Shown piece by piece: positions 27,570 to 40,006 of a DNA stretch of 64,000 nt. The DNA comes from Camelus ferus (lineage: Eukaryota). Location of the stretch: contig NC_045696.1 in the NCBI RefSeq assembly GCF_009834535.1, positions 41,232,001 through 41,296,000 on the forward strand. Reading direction: 5' to 3'. Both the position numbers and the translations under genes were made by a program. The stretch's first letter is position 1. Every line of letters starts with the position of its first letter. The notes beneath the pieces are model-generated. The model saw nothing but the letters and a program-made list of their open reading frames with translations. It was not told the origin of the DNA and ran no database searches.

Positions 27570-29084
27570 CTGGGGAAAACACAGTAAGAGGGCGGGCTTT
27601 AAATAATTATCATTATGTACATGTCAAAAAAAAACCCCCAAAAACCCATACTCTTCTTCCCTATGCAATGATAAAAGGGTAAATTGTATCTGTAACTCTG
27701 CCTAGCAATCATCTTATTTCAAAGTTAATGGTATATTTTAATAGCTCTCATTTATTGTATTTATTGTCTTCTTGTACTATTATTTCAATGATTATTGTAA
27801 GGATTTCCAAAAGCTTTAATTTAGGGTCACTGGACACGGCTATATACTTGGATATGCCTCCTGTCTTCATGTTTATGTATTGCCTTCATGTTTCCTCCCT
27901 ATTCCATGAGCTCAAGTTATTTCGATGAGCTGGAAAAAAAAACAGATCATATGAAAAAATGTGTTTACACCATATAAGAATAAATGAAATCCTTTTTGAA
28001 GGAAAAAATTAAAACTGAATGAGCAAATACACACTTGAAGGAAAAAAATTAAAGCTGAATGAGCAAATTTTCTCAAGTGAAAATCAAAGTTTACTTATTG
28101 ACATGCAGACACATTACTCCTGACAAAATTTTTTAAAAAAAAAGTGTGGCAATACTTCTACCTCGTATTATCTTGAAGTCGTTACAGCATCATACAGACA
28201 CAGCAGATTACACTGATCACTTTGCCACAAAATGGATCCAAGGAAATACTTGGTGCAAATAGTATGTTGTTATCTTATTTTCTGCTTGTCTTATAATCTG
28301 GAGTCTGCTCCTAAGAGAGACACTTGTGATAGTTGTCACAATAAACTAAGACATATTAAAAAAAAAAAAAAAAAAAACAAGCAGGGAGTGGAATGCAGAT
28401 AATCAGCATAACCAGCAGTGCTTCTTGATAAGTACTTCTGATTTTGCCATCATGGGTGATGTCAACTTTGAGGGCCTGGGCTGCAGAAGATGAGTGTTTG
28501 GTCATTAGGATATATTTGCTCATTCAGTTTTAATTTTTCCCTTCAAAAAAGGATTTCATTTTAAAATGGGATCAGTAACTTCATTTCTGCAGACACACAC
28601 AAAGGGTGGGTTTATCTGAAAAGGGATGAAGGGAGGGAAATAAAGCCACTGATTTAAGCACAGCCACATGGGACCTAGCCTGGACAGGGCAGAGGAGCCA
28701 ACAAACACAAGCCAGGAACTCTTGTTTTCTGGTTCATTTTTAGCCAACTGTCAGGCAAACTGGGGTTTCCCACACAGTGGACACATTGATGCTCAACTCC
28801 TCGAAAGCACAGCCTGCTCATCGCAACCAACCTTCCTGACTCATTCATCCATCTGCGTTTGTCCAGGCCACCCACATGCTCATCAGAGCAGTATGGTCTC
28901 CACTCCTGACCTGTGCCTCCTCCTCATCTGCCTTTAACCCGAAAGGACCCTTCACACCTTTAATTTTCAGTCTCATTCCGACTTGAAGACCCAGCGTCTA
29001 TGTCACCTCCTCTGTGAAGCCTTCCCTGATACCCCTAGTAGTTTGCTTGTTCAGCATGCTGCTCATTTCTCTCTGGTACTCACT

Positions 29085-29295
29085 GTAATGTAGAACATGG
29101 GGGTGAATTCCAGGAACTCTGGTGACTGAGTGTGTGGCTTCCAGTTTGGCTCTGACATTAGCTGTATAACTTGGCTAGATTTTTAAATCTCTCTATGCCT
29201 CAATTCTCTAATCTTTAAAATGGGGGCCAGTAAGAGAAACTATCTGACAATGTTGTTAGGTGGCTTAAATTTCAAAATACATGTGGAACCCTGGG
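29085..29295 (+). mobile_element. MIR SINE remnant
   Basis: ggctctgacattagctgtataacttggctag...aatctctctatgcctcaattctctaatctttaaaatgggg resembles the MIR core. Confidence 0.65.
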
Positions 29296-29772
29296 TGGTA
29301 AGAGAAAACACAACTATTGCTAAATCCTGTCTTCATATTAGACAGCAAGCTCTCTGGGATAGACTCACCTTTAAAACAGTTTTATTTGGGGACTCCTGTT
29401 GCTCAGCACCCATGAAATTTTAAATACTAGGTGAAATTTTTCTTCCCAAGTAAAGTTTCAAATATTTGGAAAAAGCAACAAAAAAAGTATAGCACTGATA
29501 TACTTAGGGAACATTCTTCTTTTTCAAGTGCTTGAAATTTTTGTCAAGATGTTTTAAAGTATTCTCATTTCATATTAAAATCAGCATAAATATTAGAAGG
29601 ACAAATATACAGTTAATGTAAAAGAATCAAGTGAAATGTTTTTTTTTATGATGGTCAAAAGAGACCCTCTGTGGTTTTGAAACACATGAACACACTGTAT
29701 GCATGGCTTCCTTAAGGACAATCCCTAAAATGTAAGCCCTCACAGGGAGCTGGAATAGCAAAACAAATTTAC

Positions 29773-29853
29773 CCAGAGTGGTTTGCAGCTCCTCTTGACT
29801 AGAACTCGGTGAAATCATAGGAATGAAAGGGCTGCCTCGTGTCTCTAAAGGAG
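29773..29853 (-). CDS. ABI3BP: ABI3BP exon (81 nt)
   Basis: tttgcag|CTCCT...CTGG|gtaaat; APLETRGSPFIPMISPSSSQEELQTTL. Confidence 0.94.
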
Positions 29854-30663
29854 CTGCAAAAAACAAGTACCAAGGTTGTCAGTCTTTAGATTCAAAGGCC
29901 AGTACCCAGCCAGAATAATATTATATGAGATTCCTTTATTTGAAATAGAAAAATGAAAACGTTGAGTGAGTCATGGAGAAGAAAGTTAAGTGTGCATAGA
30001 ACCTTCAGGAAAACGATCGTGGAATGTTAGAATAATGGTTCTCAACTGTTTTTTTCCACCAGGGTAGATAACAAATGACATTTGGTGCTTGGCACACTCC
30101 ATGACGGTACGCAGTTAAGGTGGGGTGGGTTAGAAGTGGTCCTGGCTGTGTCGGCTGCAGCTCTCCCACCCAAGAGAGTGCACAGGATTACAGCAGGAGA
30201 AAGAATGCCATCACCGCCACCACCATCTGGAAGCTGCTCAAGTTTATTTTTAAAAACAAACCATTGGCAAATCTCAGTACTTTGACCAATATTAACAATA
30301 ATTACTTGCCAGCACCTTTCACAACATGCTAGGGTGTTGTAACACCACAGCCAAGAACCACTAAACCAGCAGAAAATGTTAACTAGACAGACAGGAATAA
30401 GGTGGAATCATTTAGAACACGGAGACAGGTGAGGTAGGTGACGAGGGACCTGGTAGTGAGCTACCTTAAGTTGGTCTTCAGACCACACCTTTAGAACAGT
30501 GAAACCATTGCCTTTCTGTTTTGGAAAGAGTAAAAATAATGAGATGAAATGATGAAGAGGATGGAGAACAGATGACGTTTCCACGTGATCACTTGAGAAA
30601 GACCAGCAATCTTGATGGCAGCCAAGCAAACAATGAGAATGGGTCAAGCAGGAAGACCATTAC

Positions 30664-30711
30664 CTATCGTTGGCTCTGGGAGGTCAGTTTCAAAGGTAAC
30701 AGGTTGCAGAA
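30664..30711 (-). CDS. ABI3BP: ABI3BP exon (48 nt, short type-A module)
   Basis: ggcctag|TTCTG...ATAG|gtaatg; VLQPVTFETDLPEPTI. Confidence 0.88.
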   Translation of the reverse strand, partial: FCNLLPLKLTSQSQR

Positions 30712-31077
30712 CTAGGCCAAAAACAAACCAAAGAAATCGGTTTATGAGGATCACTACCCTGTGAAATAAAGCTGGTTTCTGTGTTTCTACATGAATCCAT
30801 TTGAACATTTAAACATTCTCTTAGACTCATAATAAATATGAGAAAATTCTGTATCTTAGATGCCACCCAGGGAACTTGGTTTAGCTAAAACTTTGAAGTT
30901 CTTATTCCCTGTCACTTTGAGGAAAATTTTTGAGTAGGCACCCAGATTTCTTACTTAAAAGTATATTCACAGTTGGAAGGTAGTTGTTTATATTTTGAAA
31001 GAAGACGAAAGTGGTTGGCTCAGTTAATAATTATGTCTTACAATTTTTTTTAAATTTTAACCTTTTTTTTAACTGAA

Positions 31078-31165
31078 GTATGTGTATGACTGAAATGTTA
31101 TGCAGTACACCAGAAATTGACCCAGCATTGTAAACTAACTATGCTTCAATAAAAAAAAAAAAACA
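31078..31165 (+). mobile_element. L1 extreme 3' end with poly(A)
   Basis: tgtatgactgaaatgttatgcagtacaccagaaattgac...ttgtaaactaactatgcttcaataaaaaaaa; same family as 48990-49210. Confidence 0.75.
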
Positions 31166-31423
31166 AAGGTTAATTTTAGTATGATCTACTATTCAGCCAA
31201 AATACTTCCATGGAAGATGAACCAATTTTATACTATTCCCTACTGAGGAAAAAATTTTAAACAGATCGTGTGATTAACCTTCCTCCAAAGAAATATATAT
31301 CTTATATCCATAATTTTTTCTGAACTTCTTCCACAACACAATCATTACAAAAATATATTTACCTCAGGAAGATTTTTTTGAAAAATATACTACCTAACTG
31401 GGAAGATAAAACAATTCATTTAC

Positions 31424-31483
31424 CAGTTTCTCTCTGAGAGACTTCAGTGTCTGGTTTATGGGGAAGGAGCACATCTCTTGGAA
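31424..31483 (-). CDS. ABI3BP: ABI3BP exon (60 nt)
   Basis: ctttcag|TTCCA...ACTG|gtaaat; VPRDVLLPHKPDTEVSQRET. Confidence 0.92.
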
Positions 31484-34400
31484 CTGAAAGAAAAAGATGA
31501 TAAAACACTGTACTCTAAATGTCATGCCTGGAGGGAAACAACCCCCAGATAAAAAATCCTGGGAAGCATGAGTGAAGCAAAGGTGTTTTCACAACGGTCA
31601 AAGAGCTAAGCCAAGAAGAGGACCGTTCTTTCCAAAATGGGAAAGTGTCACTGCACGGGGAAGGTTCCAGAGGCAGGAGAACAAAGCTGGTTACAGTTCA
31701 TGCTGAAGATTCCTTTGAGGGGTGCGGAAAGGAGGAAGACATGACTGATACAGTTACACAAGGAGGTAGGTCTCCCTCAAGTTGTCTTCAAAGTAATACG
31801 TCAGTTTTTGTCCGAAGTGGTCAGCTACCATATGATATTCCTGCTAAAGTTCCACTGATAGCAAGAGAAAATACATTATCTTAGATAAAGTGCATAAATG
31901 GCCTGCAAGTTGAGGAAAACAGGAAAAAAAAGAAGGCCAAATTCTTGAATATGTAAGAGGAGGACAGAGTTTTATTCTAACAGGCACTAACAGTTTCTAT
32001 GGGGAGAAAACAGAGCAGAAGGAATCAGCCACTCATTAGAAGATACCACATGTAAAGTTCACGAGTGCTTGTTACGTAGTAAGTGCTACGCAAATGTTGA
32101 CATTTTTGGCATTCTTAGTGACATGGCTTCTAGTATAATAGGTGCTAACACAAAAACAAAGGAGAAAATGTGCTAAATGATAAATCTACCCATTGTCAGT
32201 CCTGATGTCCACTGTATTTTTAATGCCTGTGTCCAGTTCTATTTTGGCAAAATAAAACAGTAGGCTGGAAATTTGATATCTTATTTCTCACTGGGGAAAA
32301 AATACCAGGGTGAGCTACCTATTGCTAGTACCAGATTTCTATGGAAAATCTGCTTTCTGGAACAAGATTATGTATTTCTTTGACTCAGTTTCCCCACAAG
32401 GAGGTCCTTCTCAACCCTGCTCACTCAATGAAACGTTTTCCTACCACATTGAATTCATAAATCCTTTGGTATGCAGTGTAGTTTTCTTGCATCTTATATG
32501 ACGCTGGGAGGAAAAAATTAGGATTCTGGCTAGAACTCTGCCACTGGCAAAGATGAAGAAAACTTTTGTACCATGAGGTGGCCAAGCACCACTTTACCAT
32601 TAGTATGGAAAGAGGTTATATAAAACAGACATTCTCTTCTGGGACTTTTGGGGAGCCACATTTAACCTGGATATCACATCTGTTCTTAGTTTAAGCCACT
32701 TAGTAAGTCCCAGTGAAATCATAGTTGTGGAATCTGGTACACAGAGAAGAAACGGGCTCAGTTAGAACTTCCATGTGCTAAAAGGGAACAACCAGGGGAA
32801 CTTGAAGTCAAGAGTTTTCTTTTTATTAAAAAAGGTAACTTCAAAAAGCTTAGTAGTGGACAGAGTTAGAGAAAACCCATCACAACAGTGACCATTTTAC
32901 TTATGCTCTGTAGTATTTTTAAGGATTCAAAGGAGAAAAGAGGAAGAATTTCCAATTGTAAATCAAACAAAATGCTTATCTGAGGGTGAGGAAGAAGGTG
33001 CTTGATGTGGCTCTGGGAAGGTCATGACCATACAAAGCAGCCTGCAGTTTATAAGCACCCTAATGGTTACAGAGCTGGAGTGCACAGAGAGGTGTGGGAC
33101 TCAGGGAAGGAGAAGCTGAGAAGAAATGTGCTACCCATAAACCCACCACACTGTAAAGACATCACTCACTGCCTGCCTTCGTTTACTGAGGAATTTAGAC
33201 GAGGGTAATGGGGATTCCTGCTGCTGCAACTGGCACTTTTTAACCATGAAGTGATGATATAATAATTGCCTTGGCAGGCTTTCTAAAGCAGGTGAAATCA
33301 GTGGAAAGGAAAGAAGTAGAAATATTCACAGGAAAGGGATATGAATCATTCTCATACTTGGTCAACGGCAGCTCCAAGAAATGCCAAGTCTTTTTTTTCC
33401 CCGATGTGGCATTCCTCTGCATATTAAATTGAATAAGAGCAGGGTTCCTAAAACTGAAATCTCTCATGCTGGGGGAACCTTACCAATGTAAATCATGACA
33501 ATTTACTTGAGAAGGCAGTTTTGATTTCCGTACAAGGATACTTATCATTATTATATTTTAGATCCTTTTGAATTAGCCAACTTATCATTTATATAACTAA
33601 CCAATTAACTTACTGGTTGTATTAACTATCTTTTTGAATAAAGGGCACCATTCCAAAGAAAAATTCAACTAACAAGACAATTGTGAAAGGAAATGTCCAA
33701 AATGGACAAATGTAAGTGAACGTGCATGAATGTTTTGCCAGAGTAGATGAAAGAACGAACATGTCACTCAGATACAGGTGGCAGACGTGAAGTCTTCAGT
33801 AAGTTTACCCCTGCAACAGGCTACAAAGAGATTCTCTTAGAAAAGTAATACACGTAGACCACACATCCTTTTCACCTCCGGATTCTCTCTTCCTTTATTC
33901 TAACCTTGTACCCTAAGGTCCAGTCTGAGAGGAAGTGAGGTTCCTGCCCTTTCAGAGGCCACTTTCTGAGCTTCACCTGTGCTCTTGGGCCACCTTCCCT
34001 CCCATCTCCTTTGGGATCTTTTACTTTCCATTATTTCTATTATCTTATATTTTTCTCCATTAGTCAGTATTTCCATTTATCCATGAGTCCCTCCCTCTCC
34101 ACCTACAAAACAGCTCACATCTTCCAACATCCTAAAAATAATAATCATTTCCTTGACGTGGCTTCCCCTTCAAACAATCCCTTTCTTGTTCTCATTTCTT
34201 TAATCTAAAACTTTGCCTGCGCTTCCTGGTCATTTAGCTGCATCTTCTTCACCCACTGTGGTCTGATCTCCTGCAACTGTGGATCCACACAGCCTCAGCC
34301 AGAGTTCTCAAGTTCAAAATGTTCTGCAAATGGAAAGGTTTTTTTCTCTTCACTTATTTGACAGAAAAACCTGACTAGCATTGACCTGAGGCGATTGACT

Positions 34401-37396
34401 GTGCTGTCTCACCTTTCTAAAGTCTGAAAATTGCTGAATTCTGAAGCATGGACCCACAGAGTTTCAGATGCAGGCTTCTGGACCCGACAGTCAAGTCCAG
34501 CAGCCCTTCCTGACCCCTGTCCACCTCACTGACATTGGTGGCCACCCTTCCCTGCCTTGCCTGCCAAGTCCCTCTTTCCTGTACTCTCTGATTTTTGACG
34601 GCAACTTCTGCTGGTTCCTCTTCCTCTATGCACTCCTTAAATATAACTGTGTCCCCTCAGACTCTGATCTCCCATCTCTTAATTTCTCAGCCTATACTTC
34701 CTCCTGGATGTTATCATCCGCTCACAAGTTTTAAGAACCTTCCATATGCAGACAAATGACTCCCAAATCTACATCCTAAAAATGACTTCTGTTTAGAAAT
34801 CCCAAAATACATTTCAACCACCAGTCCTGCTGGCCCTCTAAACCTAGCACATATAAACACAAGCCTTTATTCCTCCTCTGTGTCCCCTGCTGTAGTTAAT
34901 GGCATTATCACTGACCACCTTTTAGCCCAGAGCTAAAAACCACAGTGTCATCCCTTTCTCCATAACACCATTCAGTCATTGTCTAGGTCCCAGCCATTCC
35001 ATTTCCAAAAGACATTTTAGCATTAGTCCCTCCTTTCCTAACTGCAAAAATGCTGAAGTGTGACTGAAAATTAGAATTTGCCGAAGAGAATACTTATAGA
35101 ACATTTGTAGGATTGGTTAGCTTGCTGAAATTGAGATTTTTTTTTTTCTCCTAGTTTCTTCCCAATGACTAAAGTCTATCCAAATACCTGTGGACCAGAA
35201 GAGTCACCACAAAGCCAAGGCAGCCCTTGGTGCAGAACAAATCTACAAAGAAGGCACAGTTCTGTTGAGCCAGGCATCAGGGCAGGCAGAGTTTTAGATC
35301 AAAGCAATGAGAGCAAGAAAGGGATGGTATGAAGGAGAAGCCATGTCAAGGAAATGATGGATCAGAAGAAAAGTCAGTTCTGCTTTATTTCTGGACATGG
35401 TGTGTGGGCTGTTTGTCTAGGTTCCTCCTTAAGTGTAGTAGATAATATAACTGAGTGACTGAAAGATATTTTCTAAAGCCCTAACTGGATGAAACATATG
35501 TTATGCCCAGGAATCTACAGAATGGAAGAGCTGCACAGAGCATTTGAGACAGACTTATTTGATACAGGCCTAAAAATTCAAGTTTGTCACGTTGGCTGTC
35601 TCGCAATACATTTTGAGATAAACATCATGATAAAATATAACTGTCCTGATTTCAGGACTACATTTCACATTTTTAGATTTTTAGAGTGTCTCTCTAGGAT
35701 ACGAGTACACATCAAATATACACATAATTTACCCTGTTTTCTGAGGAGCCGGTAAACAAGGTCTTGGGCTCCTTAGGATGCAAACCTGAGCCTAGATACA
35801 ACCCCAAAATGGGTTGAATCCTGTGTTTGAACACTTGTAAGAAAACTGAAAAGCAGTAATGATTGACTTATGGTTATTCTGGTAGCATCACACCTCCGGA
35901 CCAGCAGGGGAACCTCTGATGGACACAGTGGCAGGATCGGCCCCGGGTTAAGAGACAGAATTCGAACTGAACATTTGGAACTGGAGAGTCAACAGAATCA
36001 GCCCAGTGAAGGCTTCAGGGGAAGTGTTTGTGCCGTTTTACCAGGGCTCAAACTTACGGGTTGGAGTATCTGAAAAATTAGGTGGTAATGGAATTTAAAA
36101 AAGAAGACGTTAAAAAAAAGAAGAAAAAGTTTAACTATTAGAGACACTGGTTTAATGAGATTACATATCAGGACCAACAGTACTACTTTCTCTAACAAAA
36201 AGGAAAAGTGAATAAAATTACTCAAATCTACTGTTGTCATCTGTAATGACTCAATTTCTGTTACACATTCTTCCCACAAGTGAAAACAAGAAGATCTTTT
36301 GCAAGTGGGAAGATTAGCTTTTTTTTTTTTCTTAGTGGTGTTTATACTGACTGCTGCATTTAGCTGTACAAATTTAAATTCTAGACTTCAGGGCAAAAGA
36401 GGCTTTTTGTAGTCCATTACCACTTGCAACAATTTAACAATCCAACAGCAGCCGCAGGAACACCCTCTTCTTATACAACCTGGAAACATGACAGCAAGTG
36501 AACTCACTCGCTTCCAAAATGCCATCATTTCAAGCTACAGCTCAGAAATCCTTTGGTTCTGGAGATGTTCTATATGCCTACAGGGCATCTTGGAATTTAT
36601 AGTCACTGAACCCTTAAAAACTAAGAGGAAAAACTTACAGAATTCTTGGATACTCTAGTTAAAAATTAACTTGGTTTGGCTTATTAGTGAACTAATTACT
36701 GAAGCTAACAGTGGCTTGCTGTGGTCACTTGAAGACTAGAGAAATGCGTGGGTTCTTGCAGTCCCCACTCTAACTACTCGCACAAATGTGAGGTTATTTC
36801 TTCCATTCATGGACAAAAAAAGCCTTCTCAAACGATAGGCAAGAAATAGACTTGTAGCTAAATAAATCATTTTTGGTGTGTGAAACACATTTCTTATTTC
36901 TTAACTCAAGCTATTGCTCCATGGACTGGTAAAAAATGAATTTAAAAGAAAAAAAAAACTTTCAGTGCTGGACAGTGCAAAATTTCTGAACCTGAGAAAA
37001 TGTTTAAACATCATTTTCTCTGTTTGTAAAACATTTTATCATTTTTGAGGAAAAATCCCAAATCCTTTATTTATCTTACTTTGGTGAAACATGAGCAGAA
37101 CATAGTTAACATTGGTAGGTTATTTTTTAGAAGTCAGAAAATGAGAAAACTTTAATTCTAGAAGAAATTTTCTACCCTTGGCATAATTCTCTGCCTTTTA
37201 ATTGTGTAAGTGGCTTACTATATGAGCACTTAGATTACTGTTATGAACATTCCGAAATTGTCATATCATGCATGCTACAACATGGTGCCTGAACATAACT
37301 GAAATAGTGACCTCACATCCATCAGCTTTCATGTTTCATTACAGCAGAGTGTGACAATAGAATGCATTTGGCTTATATAGGAAAGAAAGCATTTAC

Positions 37397-37471
37397 CAGG
37401 TGAAGTATAGGACACTTCTGGACTTGGTGATGTCCTTGGCTTCAGAGTAACACGCTGCAACACCTGAGGAG
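37397..37471 (-). CDS. ABI3BP: ABI3BP exon (75 nt)
   Basis: ctttcag|CTCCT...CCTG|gtaaat; APQVLQRVTLKPRTSPSPEVSYTSP. Confidence 0.93.
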
Positions 37472-37761
37472 CTGAAAGAGAGAGCTCAGATCATGAGTCA
37501 TTTGGTTTCAGCATCTCCCAGTCATACTTAACACATAAGGTATGACAAAGTATAAGCCTGACCACTGATTGAAAAAAAAAAGTACTGAAATGGGAGTTAG
37601 ACTGGAAAAGAAAACCCTTAAGCTCTAGAAATCGACTGGTTAGAATTCCAGATACTTAAAGAAAAATGAAATCTAAGAAACAGCAAAATTTGACTAAGGG
37701 TAGGATGAAGAGTTTTTTTGAAATCTTCATTTCAGAAAAGACAGCAATTAACTTAATGCAA

Positions 37762-38555
37762 AAGGTGTCTTTTTGAAGTAGGGTTCCTTCTAGATATATG
37801 CCCAGGAGTGGGATTCCTGGGTTATATGGTAAGTCTATTCCTAGTATTTTGAGGAATCTCCATACTGTTTTCCACAGTGGCTGCACCAAACTGCATTCCC
37901 ACCAGCAGTGTAGGAGGGCTCCCCTTTCTCCACAGCCTCTCCAGCATTTGTCATTTGTGGACTTTTTGAATGATGGCCATTCTGACTGGTGTGAGGTGAT
38001 ACCTCATCACAGTTTTGATCTGCATTTCTCTGATAATTAGTGATACTGAGCATTTTTTTCATGTGCCTATTGATCATTTGTATTTCTTCCTTAGAGAATT
38101 GCTTCTTTAGGTCTTCTGCCCATTTTTGGATTGGGTTGTTTGTTTTTTTCTTATTATGTTGTATGAGCTGCTTATATATTCTGGAGATAAGCCTTTGTCG
38201 GTTTCATCGTTTGCAAAAATTTTCTCCCATTCCATAGGTTCTCATTTTGTTTTACTTATGGTTTCCTTTGTTATGCAGAAGTTTGTAAGTTTAATTAGGT
38301 CCCATTTCTTTATTCTTGCTTTTATTTCTATTGCTCAGGTAGGCTGCCCTAGGAGAACATTTTTGAGATGTATGTGAGATAATGTTTTGCCTATATTTTC
38401 TCCTAGGAGGTTTATCGTATCTTGTCTTATGTTTAAGTCTTTGATCCATTTTGAGCTGATTTTTGTGTATGGTGTAAGGGAGTGTTCTAGCTTCATTGAT
38501 TTACATGCTGCTGTCCAGTTTTCCCAACACCATTTGCTGAAGAGACTGTCTTTAT
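37762..38555 (-). mobile_element. Relatively young L1 ORF2 C-terminal fragment
   Basis: Minus-strand ORF contains [13 protein letters not shown]...[14 protein letters not shown], the canonical L1 ORF2p C-terminal region; truncated at both ends. Confidence 0.92.
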
Positions 38556-39361
38556 TCTTGGATCAAGTGTAATTTTGATGCTGCTAACATTTTCCTTTTC
38601 CTTTCCCCAGACCATTAGTGAATGGTGAGGGTTCCTTTCCTAGCAAATTGAGTCGGTGAATCTCATGGTTTTTTTGGAAGTGGGCCATGTATAAATGATA
38701 AATATAAATTTAGTGATTCGCCTAGAGTGTAACTTCCTTGACTACGGAAGGATGAAATTTTGTTTCACATCCCTAGTGTCTAGCACATTGTCTGGCACAC
38801 AGATATTTGTTGAGTGACTAACTGATGAAATGGATTAATCAATCACTTAAGCATCAAGGAGTGATAAAATTTTAAATTAGGAGAGAAGAGCAACAGGAGA
38901 TCAGTTGATTAATGACCATGGACTAGGCATGACTGGGTAGATGCTTGAAGTAGGCATCAATGCTAGAGATGTTTGGAAAAACAGATGGACTGCAGAGGCC
39001 GGATGAGAAAAAGAATAAAAACTGAATGGCAAATACTGAGAATCTGCAACAGATGTAAATGAAAAAATGAAAGGAGAAAAAGATAAGCTTTCTTTGAGGC
39101 ATGTCAAGTTTCTGGTAGCCCAAAATGGTGCTCTGTCAAGGCAGTTGGAGAAACTGAACAAGATCTTCATTGAGAAGTTAGGGTAGAGTTAGTTATTCAA
39201 GTAAGAGTTTCTTGAATAGAATAAAAAATAGTTTATATTGACTCTTATTTGGGTCCTTCCCAAAATTTATAGCAAAACAATCAAATCAATATTATGTAAT
39301 CATTACCTTATAGGAAAGGATATATGTTAAAAAATTTCATGAATTAATGTTAAAAAAAACT

Positions 39362-39536
39362 GTCTTGTAATAACATATAATGGAAAAGAATCTGAAAAGA
39401 AAATATATACATGTATGTACATGTACAACTGAATTCTTTTGCCATACACCTGAAACTAATATTGTAAATGAACTACACTTCAATAAAAAAATAGAATAAA
39501 AAAATCTACTGAAAGGTAAAAAAAAAAAAAAAAAAT
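39362..39536 (+). mobile_element. L1 3' end with poly(A)
   Basis: ttgtaataacatataatggaaaagaatctgaaaa...acacctgaaactaatattgtaaatgaactacacttcaataaaaaaa. Confidence 0.8.
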
Positions 39537-39931
39537 TAGCTGATTGGCAGGGGAAGGATATTCAAGGACCATGGAAGGGTTTCTCAAGTTGGGAGAGGCA
39601 AAGGGAATAGGCAGGCTACTCTTTCAAGAAATTCCATTCTTCTCCATCACGCTCTCAAATAATACAACAATACGGAAGCTTTCTGGACTAAGCTACCCCA
39701 ATAATATCCTTTTGGATAAACAGGATAAAATTTATGTAAATATTTAAATATCTAAAATACACAAAATATATGTAAATCTATGTAAATATCTAAAATATAT
39801 GTAAACATTTACTAGATTTCAAACGAAGACTTGTTTTACAAGGATTAAAAACTTAACTGGCTGTAATGCCAACAGAGTAATTCCCCTAACATCAAACTTT
39901 TCAGGCCTAGAATATAAAACACAGCATTTAC

Positions 39932-40006
39932 CTGGCTGTGTTTGTGGGATTCGTGGGTGTGGAGATGTTTTTGGTTTAGGAGGAGCTCGCGGTATCTCCT
40001 TGAGAG
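39932..40006 (-). CDS. ABI3BP: ABI3BP exon (75 nt)
   Basis: tttttag|CTCTC...CCAG|gtaaat; ALKEIPRAPPKPKTSPHPRIPQTQP. Confidence 0.93.

Noticed and set aside
35188..35242. Minus-strand AG...GT flanked 55-nt segment
   Set aside because: Not a multiple of 3 and the translation does not resemble the Pro/Thr exon families; likely chance
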